The notes under the pieces are model-generated. The model saw only the letters and a program-made list of their open reading frames with translations. It ran no database searches and was not told the DNA's origin. The translations under genes were made by a program, and so were the position numbers. Positions 38,547 to 46,075 of a stretch of 64,000 nt of DNA are shown one piece after another (the stretch's first letter is position 1; every line of letters begins with the position of its first letter). The DNA lies in sequence record NC_070950.1; one strand, 5' to 3'.

Positions 38547-39569
38547 ATGAGTCTTTCGTCTTACGGCACGCAAAATGCCTTATCTTATCAGTTATTTAAT
38601 AACACGAGCAAGGAGCTCTTGCTACGTAATAACGGCGGAATGAACAATATTATATCCGCGTGTCCTAAAAGCGGATATAATAACACTATTGTTCTGCGGG
38701 TTACGCTTACTGTACATAATGTTCACAATGTATTATTTGATTTGGAAGGCATGACCAACGCTTTAGATAGGGAGATCGCAACTGAATTCATCACTCAGTT
38801 AAATGCCCGTAAGAAGAACGACTTTGTTTATTTAGAAATTAACGACACCATTTGTATGACACACACAGTCACCCTAGGGCAACGTCACGCGAGTGGATTA
38901 AAAAATGAAATTAAAAGTGACCTGCTCAATTTCACTTTAAGTCAAGAGGTCAATAAGTATAAAGACAGGTTCGTTGGTAAGACCGCAACCGCAATCACCC
39001 AAGAGATAAAAAATGATTTAACTGAAGAAGAATCAGAAAACCTCATTGTGTGTATGAGAGTTAATGATCCCCTTTCCATTGTAAATAATCTCTGGACCAC
39101 AGCGGGCGGTGAAGCAGTTTTAATACCGAAAACTACCAATGAAGACGAACCAGCGGGCCTGTATATTGTGAAAGGTCATAACGCTTATAACCGTGGAAGT
39201 GAATATCATGATATCGCTAAGTGCAGTAAGGAATTCCTTAACGCACTAGGGGTTTATCACAGTAAACACGAAGCCGATATTGGCGGTAACAGTAAATTGT
39301 TACACGACCTTACATCTAAAGTATCAGAAATGAAGAAATCCACTGAGAAAGCTCAACGGGAACTAAACACCGCAGAAGTTAAAGCAACCACTCTAAATAA
39401 TCGGTTGGAGCATGCAAAGATGGTGCAACTGTTCGATAAAGAACGGGCTAAGTTCAAGGAAGATATATCCAAAAGCGCGAATACCGGTAGTGGATGGGGG
39501 GATGCATTTAAATCTGCAGGGGGGTTCTTGTCGACGCTGTTCTCGATATTTAAACTCCTTCCCATTTAA
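38547..39569 (+). CDS. conserved hypothetical protein with C-terminal coiled coil and amphipathic tail (340 aa)
   Basis: AAGGA SD; heptad region then GWGDAFKSAGGFLSTLFSIFKLL. Confidence 0.65.
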   Translation: MSLSSYGTQNALSYQLFNNTSKELLLRNNGGMNNIISACPKSGYNNTIVLRVTLTVHNVHNVLFDLEGMTNALDREIATEFITQLNARKKNDFVYLEINDTICMTHTVTLGQRHASGLKNEIKSDLLNFTLSQEVNKYKDRFVGKTATAITQEIKNDLTEEESENLIVCMRVNDPLSIVNNLWTTAGGEAVLIPKTTNEDEPAGLYIVKGHNAYNRGSEYHDIAKCSKEFLNALGVYHSKHEADIGGNSKLLHDLTSKVSEMKKSTEKAQRELNTAEVKATTLNNRLEHAKMVQLFDKERAKFKEDISKSANTGSGWGDAFKSAGGFLSTLFSIFKLLPI

Positions 39570-39580
39570 CAAGGTGCGAC

Positions 39581-41251
39581 ATGGATCCTAAGTTACTGAA
39601 AGCGGTATCGGCTACGATGCCTAAGTTTAATGAAACGATAGCTTCAGGTTTCCATCAACGAGAATTTGAGCAAATACATAAACGTTATGAATATCTTTTA
39701 AGAATGACGTTTGAACCCATTGAAAAGAAAGGAGTATGGTTTGTTGGCGTCAGGTCGGTACGACCTCATGAAATGTATAACGTCATCGCGAAGAACACAC
39801 AGCAGAAAACCTTTGAAACAAACAAAGAAAGTCTTTATCCGGTTAAACTCGTCTTTAAATACGGGATGGATAAAAATACTGCCAGGGAGATGGATCCTGT
39901 TTACGTACTCCTTCCGTTCTGTGATCGGTATGGGGATGTTTGGATCAGGGGAAGTCAATACAGCTTACAGATCGTCCTCGCTGACCGAGGGTTGAGCGTC
40001 ACTAAAGACGATCAGATCTTCGTAAGGCTCCTGGGATATAAATTCAAAGTAGGAACTGAGCAATATGAATACACTCAGATCCACAATGAAATAAATCCTG
40101 TCAGGGAAACTAACCTTCCTATTAACCTTCCGGCTAACCGCTTCTACGTGGCCAGTGAAGCACGTCGTCCAAACCCAACTAAAACCCCCACACCTTTATT
40201 GGCGTGGTATGTGTTTGCGGAGTATGGTTTTAGCGAAACCATGCGTAAGTTTGGGGAATGCGATTATGCGATAGGTGATCGTGATGCGATCATTCAGCAA
40301 TATAGTGAAGATAAAGGTTGGAAGCTGTTTGGCAGTAAAGGATTGGCGATTGGCAAAAGTATCACGCCATATGTGAATTGCGGGTTAGCTATAGCGGCTA
40401 AACCATTAAACGAAAAACGAAGAGGGGAAATACCTAACGTTGCACAACAGTATATTGCGGCATTGCTTTATCTGTGTGATGTTGGCGGAGAATTTATTGA
40501 TTTGGATAAACTCGACGATAAATATTTTTGGCGTATGATGGTCGGACACGCCAGTATTAAAGCCGGAGGAAATCTCACCCATTTGGAAAAACAGATGGCG
40601 GATCACTTCGATTCCATGAACGAAGGTTTAGACCAAACAAGTATCCAACGATTCGCTGAGCAACGAATTGTGGTTAAAGATCGTTATGAATTGTTTAATT
40701 ACATCATAGCGAACCGGGCTGAAATCGTTAAGACTTCCGATAAAGCCAATATGTTACATAAAGAAATTAGTTCTAGTGAGTTCACATTAGACAAACTGAT
40801 TACTGCGGCTAACCGCTTTAAACACGACGTCAAAAACACAACAGAACTCAACTATGAACGTGTTAAGTCATTCATGTCATCTCATTTCAAATTACGCGAT
40901 ATCGAATCGGCTGCTTGGGAATCTAACATGATCCAAGAAGCTACGCCGACAGATTGCCCTATCGCCGATTATGGCTTTGGGGTGATGTCTCAGGCGAAAG
41001 TATTCGGTCCTCGTAATAACGGGAGAAACAGTGACTTTAACCCCAACGATCCCGCTAACTGCATACATGGCTCTGTACCTTTTGTGATGAGTTTCCAACG
41101 GGTAACTAAACCCGACCCAAACGCTTGCGGATTCTTAGCCCCCTGCGTGTATTTGATCAACGACAAATACTTGGGACTCAGACCAGAAGATGTGGAACTG
41201 TACGAAGCCACTGTGAGCAGACTTACTAAGTCTGAGGTTAAAATTAAATGA
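39581..41251 (+). CDS. rpoB: DNA-directed RNA polymerase beta subunit, N-terminal fragment (non-virion RNAP, phiKZ gp123-like)
   Basis: LPFCDRYGDVWIRGSQY corresponds to the beta P-x-x-x-x-x-G-x-F-x-I-N-G motif; C-terminal HGSVPF...PDPNACG fork region; 556 aa; position after capsid gene. Confidence 0.8.
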   Translation: MDPKLLKAVSATMPKFNETIASGFHQREFEQIHKRYEYLLRMTFEPIEKKGVWFVGVRSVRPHEMYNVIAKNTQQKTFETNKESLYPVKLVFKYGMDKNTAREMDPVYVLLPFCDRYGDVWIRGSQYSLQIVLADRGLSVTKDDQIFVRLLGYKFKVGTEQYEYTQIHNEINPVRETNLPINLPANRFYVASEARRPNPTKTPTPLLAWYVFAEYGFSETMRKFGECDYAIGDRDAIIQQYSEDKGWKLFGSKGLAIGKSITPYVNCGLAIAAKPLNEKRRGEIPNVAQQYIAALLYLCDVGGEFIDLDKLDDKYFWRMMVGHASIKAGGNLTHLEKQMADHFDSMNEGLDQTSIQRFAEQRIVVKDRYELFNYIIANRAEIVKTSDKANMLHKEISSSEFTLDKLITAANRFKHDVKNTTELNYERVKSFMSSHFKLRDIESAAWESNMIQEATPTDCPIADYGFGVMSQAKVFGPRNNGRNSDFNPNDPANCIHGSVPFVMSFQRVTKPDPNACGFLAPCVYLINDKYLGLRPEDVELYEATVSRLTKSEVKIK

Positions 41252-43641
41252 GCAGCATTCGCCCTACCAATCGCGGTAATGGAGTGAGTATTCCTAACGA
41301 AGATCCGAGCATGGGTAATGGTTTCGGTTCACTGGCTACAGGAATGCAACAAAATAGCATGTACGGTCAACCGCAACAAATGTTTGATCCGTCTGCGATG
41401 ATGAAAATGATTTCAACAGGAGGTATGAGCAATAACCCAGCCTCCGGCGGTTGGGATTGGTCGAACGTAGATAGGCCGAAAAACCCTAATGCTGCATTCT
41501 TGGATGAGTTTTTAGGGCATCAGGAAGATGAACTCGAGCACGCGTTGAAAATGGAAGCGCAAGCTTACGCAACTAAATTCGCAGCGCGTATTATCAACGA
41601 CATTAAAACGAGAAACACAAGCGGGTATTATAAGTTCTTCCTTAACGCGTATAATATCTTTGCACTGGTCCCCGACGCCCCTCCTATGATGTGTCCTATC
41701 AGGGGGCGGTTCATAGAGGTTATCAAGAATACTCAGGCGGCGCAGTTGCGTATTGCGGGCCGTGGTGTGACATTCGGTGGTCGTGATTTCGCTTTACAGA
41801 TCATGGCGCAGAATCCACTTGATCAACGTCTGGTAGAAAACCTCTTCAGTACTGGTATTGCGAACGCCATGTTTTTAGAAATGGTGGATTGGTTTGCTAA
41901 AACGGCTGATGGCAGAGACGCATATAGCAAGCTAACTAATGAACTTAAGTTGACATTGACTAAATTACCTAAGTTCATTACTTACGCAGCGGAATGCTTC
42001 CAGTTCTTCAATATGGATAGCCCGTATAATGACCTGAGTCCAGTCCCTAAAACTTCCCCAAACCCAGATCAGAACATGAGTCAGTATGTGGTCAGATCGA
42101 CGTCAGGGAGTGGAGCGGAGTGGTTAGGGTTCCAGCATTCTACAGAATCTCAACAGCAGAAGGAGATCAGGGAGATCAACGAATGGGTAGCGAATAATCT
42201 TCGCCAACGCCAAGAGTACCAATACCAGCAAGCCCAGCAACAAACTCCCGACGCGGCATATTGGTGTGGTCAGCAGACTCAGCAACAGTATAGTTTTGGG
42301 GAACTTCATACTAAACGTGTTGATTTCGAAAACGTTAATCCCGATAACGTGGCGGATTTCTCTTTAGAGAACTTCAAACGTATCCCGGGGACAGATAAAT
42401 ACGTTGTCGATGAAACCACTTGGAGTTATTTCTCCAAGGCGTTCAAACGAGCCTATCGTCCCTATGGTGAACTTTTTGCCGGAACATACGGAATACGAGT
42501 CGTCAAGATCAATTTCGAGCTCAACGACGGTTGGGTGGACAATGTTCTGTTTATAGAAGGAGTGACTCCAGCCATGGCTTTAGCCAACCCAGCGATGCTA
42601 CTTCCGCATCTCGAGACTGACCAGCAAGGCAACGTGGTCATCGTCGATGAAGTGGTCCTACCAAAAGAGAAGGACGAAGAAACTGGCATTGAAATGGTTC
42701 CGTTACAGAAAGTTAAAGTGATGGAACACGCCCCGACAGCGGTTGTTGTTCCCGAGGTTGTCACAGGTGATAGCTTTGGAAATATCGAGACCGTAATCGA
42801 CACCATGTTCGATACCGTTAAACCGTCAACATCCGGATTGTTCGGTGTTGCCATCCCGGTAGAGAACTGGAAACGTTTCTTCGTAGAAGACAGCACAATC
42901 GTAGAAGAAATCTACCTTCGTTTACCTTGGCTGGTTAAAGGTAACGGCGGCGGTACTCCACCTACGTTCTTTGATTTCGTTTCAGAGATACAAAAGACGA
43001 TGGATCATTATATCGGTTGTGATGAACTTCGTGGATTTGTTGAAACTCATATCACTGACACGGTTAACCGTTGGTTGGTTGATACGAGAGGTTACGGCGG
43101 CAATCGTGACGATCAATATCGCTTCAGAATTAATGGGATCTTCAGCAATCTCAAGAATCTGATTAATCACTTAGAGAAAAACGATCCCGACACGTTCAGT
43201 GTTTTGATCGATCCTAAGCGGTTTAAGCGACTCTTTACTAAGTGTAAACTGTTTGCACCGCGTGAGACACGTTCAGCGCTCTTGAATGGCGCTCTGCCGA
43301 GTTCTCCAACTCAGGCTGCGATAGCTAAGGAAAATGATAAGAAAGCTATGGTCGTCCTTACAGACGTCGTAGTGACCCGTATCGGCAATATCCTCGCACC
43401 TAATACACAAAAGACCGTTATCAACGTAAAACGTTCAGCGTTCCCAGAGATGTTCTCTTTAATCGAACGTTCATTTGGGAAAACCTCCGATCTGTTACCA
43501 GAAGGTGTTGAACAGGTACTGTCTTTTGTCAGTGACGATAGTCTTTGGACTTTCAACACATCAGGATTTGATTCCAACGTCGCAGTTATGCGTAAGGTAC
43601 CCAGAACCCAAGGCATGCTTAATTTTAAATTAATTGAATAA
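41248..43641 (+). CDS. large conserved hypothetical protein with Q/N/G/M-rich low-complexity segments (797 aa)
   Basis: ATGA coupling to the RNAP beta-N gene. Confidence 0.7.
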   Translation: MSSIRPTNRGNGVSIPNEDPSMGNGFGSLATGMQQNSMYGQPQQMFDPSAMMKMISTGGMSNNPASGGWDWSNVDRPKNPNAAFLDEFLGHQEDELEHALKMEAQAYATKFAARIINDIKTRNTSGYYKFFLNAYNIFALVPDAPPMMCPIRGRFIEVIKNTQAAQLRIAGRGVTFGGRDFALQIMAQNPLDQRLVENLFSTGIANAMFLEMVDWFAKTADGRDAYSKLTNELKLTLTKLPKFITYAAECFQFFNMDSPYNDLSPVPKTSPNPDQNMSQYVVRSTSGSGAEWLGFQHSTESQQQKEIREINEWVANNLRQRQEYQYQQAQQQTPDAAYWCGQQTQQQYSFGELHTKRVDFENVNPDNVADFSLENFKRIPGTDKYVVDETTWSYFSKAFKRAYRPYGELFAGTYGIRVVKINFELNDGWVDNVLFIEGVTPAMALANPAMLLPHLETDQQGNVVIVDEVVLPKEKDEETGIEMVPLQKVKVMEHAPTAVVVPEVVTGDSFGNIETVIDTMFDTVKPSTSGLFGVAIPVENWKRFFVEDSTIVEEIYLRLPWLVKGNGGGTPPTFFDFVSEIQKTMDHYIGCDELRGFVETHITDTVNRWLVDTRGYGGNRDDQYRFRINGIFSNLKNLINHLEKNDPDTFSVLIDPKRFKRLFTKCKLFAPRETRSALLNGALPSSPTQAAIAKENDKKAMVVLTDVVVTRIGNILAPNTQKTVINVKRSAFPEMFSLIERSFGKTSDLLPEGVEQVLSFVSDDSLWTFNTSGFDSNVAVMRKVPRTQGMLNFKLIE

Positions 43642-43685
43642 CCCCACCATCCTAGAACCATTTAATCGATTAAGTAGTTACTATC

Positions 43686-43714
43686 GGATATCCTTCCTTA
43701 ACGGGAGGGTATCC
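43686..43714 (+). terminator. hairpin (putative terminator)
   Basis: GGATATCCTTCC-TTAAC-GGGAGGGTATCC stem with G-T pairs. Confidence 0.55.
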
Positions 43715-43749
43715 CTTAATAACCATTTCCCACAAAAAAGGAATACGAA

Positions 43750-44385
43750 ATGAATCGTCCAATTTTTAAAATTAGTCAGCACGCGCAGTTGTCGATCCCG
43801 GCCCTCATCGATGTTACAGAAAATGAAGCGGAATGCTCGTCACTTGTTTACGGCCTCCATCCTTCCATGACCGGGGTATTCTCTGAACGCCAGAAGGATT
43901 CAATGGCAGAGAGTCTTTACCTAATGGGTCAGTACGCCGAAATCATTCCCAGGAATAAGCCGGAGTGTACGATTGATTATCATCCCATCACTAACGAGCA
44001 TTACCTTAAATCGTTTAAACATTATTACGAAGCATGGGTTGCTTTGGGTAGAGATGAAGTGGTGATGCAGGGAGCTACTGTTAGGGTTTCGTCGTTTTTA
44101 TTATTAAGGACTATGTTCAATGGGGTCATAGGAATTCTACCTTATCTCGACCCCAAAGGACATCGGATGCAAGCAAAGGAATACGCTAAATTAGACGATT
44201 TGGTTAAACTGACCTACGGCGTGCCCGCTGGGTCATTCTCGGCGACCCCCGATTACCAGGTTGTTCCTAAAATAGAGGTGCGGGAACAGATCGTGATGAG
44301 TTTTACTGACAAATACGGTAATGCAATCACCATCACCGGGAACGACAGAGAAAAGATGATCGAACAGATAGAAAAATTAAAGTAA
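43750..44385 (+). CDS. hypothetical protein (211 aa)
   Basis: AAGGA SD; bounded by hairpins on both sides. Confidence 0.7.
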   Translation: MNRPIFKISQHAQLSIPALIDVTENEAECSSLVYGLHPSMTGVFSERQKDSMAESLYLMGQYAEIIPRNKPECTIDYHPITNEHYLKSFKHYYEAWVALGRDEVVMQGATVRVSSFLLLRTMFNGVIGILPYLDPKGHRMQAKEYAKLDDLVKLTYGVPAGSFSATPDYQVVPKIEVREQIVMSFTDKYGNAITITGNDREKMIEQIEKLK

Positions 44386-44391
44386 TCGTCT

Positions 44392-44423
44392 TCCCTACCA
44401 CTCCTTAACTGGGGTGGTAGGGA
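44392..44423 (+). terminator. terminator hairpin
   Basis: TCCCTACCACTCC-TTAACT-GGGGTGGTAGGGA, T-rich tract about 15 nt downstream. Confidence 0.7.
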
Positions 44424-44454
44424 GTAAGAAAGCTTTAATTTTTTAACATGAAGA

Positions 44455-44483
44455 TTTTTATAAGTCGATATCATTCAGGTGTA
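44455..44483 (+). promoter_or_regulatory. candidate early promoter upstream of glycine-zipper cluster
   Basis: TTTTT-ATAAGT-CGATAT-CATTCAG-GTGTA; same spacing as the 33391 copy. Confidence 0.5.
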
Positions 44484-44527
44484 TAAACAACAAGTATTTT
44501 AATTCTTATTCACTAAAGAGGTCCAAA

Positions 44528-45100
44528 ATGGAAATTCGTAAAGATATGATCAATGAAATCGCTGCTCGTATCATCTCTGGTTGCAACGACGTGGAAGCCA
44601 GTGTCCGCGAAAAGCTGCTGCGTAATTTGGTTAATGGTGAGATCTGGCAGTTCGAGCTCAATGAAACTGAGCAAGCGGAACTGATCGCGATCGTAAGCAA
44701 AGAGTTCGGTATTTCCGATCTGGTCTACGTCGAACCGCAGAAAAACATTTCTGAAGAAGATGTCGCCAAAGTCGCCGCCAGTGTTAACGGGCATGTCGAA
44801 CACAAATATCTGAATCTGCGAAATGCGATGGCGGTCGGTGCAGTACTCGGTGCTGGCGCGGCCATCTTAAAAGAAGGTGCGAACGCAATTAATGCCGGCG
44901 CTGGTGTGGTCGGCGCTGCTGTTTCTTACGGCGTGGGTTATCTGGCTGACAAGAAACAGATCGGTATGGGTAATCAGTACGCTGATGTCGCGGCAGGTAT
45001 TGTTGCCGGTGGCGTTATCGGTGGCGGCGCTGTATTTGGCGCGGGCTTTGTCGCCAAACGTTTCTTCAGCAATGAAGAAGTTGAAGTTGTTGCAGAGTAA
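44528..45100 (+). CDS. glycine-zipper membrane protein 1 (190 aa)
   Basis: GAGG SD; soluble N-terminal half then G-x-x-x-G-rich hydrophobic helices. Confidence 0.75.
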   Translation: MEIRKDMINEIAARIISGCNDVEASVREKLLRNLVNGEIWQFELNETEQAELIAIVSKEFGISDLVYVEPQKNISEEDVAKVAASVNGHVEHKYLNLRNAMAVGAVLGAGAAILKEGANAINAGAGVVGAAVSYGVGYLADKKQIGMGNQYADVAAGIVAGGVIGGGAVFGAGFVAKRFFSNEEVEVVAE

Positions 45101-45163
45101 TAAACGCATCTGAAATATCCGATGCATCTTAAATTAAACTATCAATAGTAAGGAAATACGATC

Positions 45164-45556
45164 ATGAAAAAAGAAAACACTGAACTGACTGGCGCTGAAC
45201 TCGACGAAGCTAAAGCAATGCTGGCTGTTGATGCAGAAACTTCCCTGTTCGACGACATCTGTGAAAAACTCGGTGGCTACGTAGCTACCGACAAACAGAA
45301 AAGCCACGTGAAAGCCGCAGTGATCGGTGGTGTTATCGGCACCGCTCTGAGCATGGCGACCAAACCGTCGGTCGGGACACTGGTCGGTGGCGTGGTTGGT
45401 ACCGCAGGCGGAGCTTATATCGGTAGCCGTCTCGCCGATGATCTGAGCGATCGTTTCATTGACAAACTACTCACCGGTGACATCGGCTTCGTGTGTAGCG
45501 CTATCGGCGCATCCATCGGCGGGGCATTAACCCCGAGCAAAGTCGAAGCGGACTAA
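45164..45556 (+). CDS. glycine-zipper membrane protein 2 (130 aa)
   Basis: AAGGA SD; AVIGGVIG and GTLVGGVVGTAGGAYIG helices. Confidence 0.75.
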   Translation: MKKENTELTGAELDEAKAMLAVDAETSLFDDICEKLGGYVATDKQKSHVKAAVIGGVIGTALSMATKPSVGTLVGGVVGTAGGAYIGSRLADDLSDRFIDKLLTGDIGFVCSAIGASIGGALTPSKVEAD

Positions 45557-45624
45557 ATCATCCAGTTCGTTCCACTATCGTTAAATTTTAGGCAACTCAA
45601 CATCAAAACGTAAGAGGTAATATC

Positions 45625-46020
45625 ATGGATATGGCAAACAAACCTGCAGTTAACAAAGCTACCTTGTCAGAAGAAGAAATTCTGAAAATGCTGGCTGGTC
45701 ACAAATCCACCGATGCCAACTATCGCGTTGGTCGAATCGCTGGTGTGCTGGGCGCAGTCGTCGGCGGCGCACATCGCACTATCACTCAAGGCATCAAACC
45801 ATCAACTGTCGTCGGCGCAGTCGTCGGCGGATTAGTTGGATACAAAACCGGCAAGCTTGCGGATGGCTTCAGTGGCCTGACGGGAACGCATTCCCCGATC
45901 GCAGATGTCGGCGCATTCACGGCAGGTTACGGCGTGACTCTGGGCATGAGCGCCCTGGCGGCCACCTTCGATCAGTACATCACACCGCTGTACGAATCAG
46001 AAGAAGAAACCGAAGAATAA
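45625..46020 (+). CDS. glycine-zipper membrane protein 3 (131 aa)
   Basis: GAGGT SD; AGVLGAVVGG and VVGAVVGGLVG helices; acidic tail. Confidence 0.75.
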   Translation: MDMANKPAVNKATLSEEEILKMLAGHKSTDANYRVGRIAGVLGAVVGGAHRTITQGIKPSTVVGAVVGGLVGYKTGKLADGFSGLTGTHSPIADVGAFTAGYGVTLGMSALAATFDQYITPLYESEEETEE

Positions 46021-46026
46021 GAAAGT

Positions 46027-46058
46027 TAACTCCTCTACCCTTACGGGTAGAGGAGTTA
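46027..46058. terminator. bidirectional terminator-like hairpin
   Basis: 14-bp perfect stem TAACTCCTCTACCC-TTAC-GGGTAGAGGAGTTA between convergent genes. Confidence 0.8.
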
Positions 46059-46075
46059 CTTAATTACTTATTTTT

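Noticed and set aside
15-41251. Inteins, group I introns or homing endonucleases in helicase, polymerase or RNAP genes
   Set aside because: Frames are continuous and of expected size; no intein terminal motifs or HNH, GIY-YIG or LAGLIDADG signatures noticed
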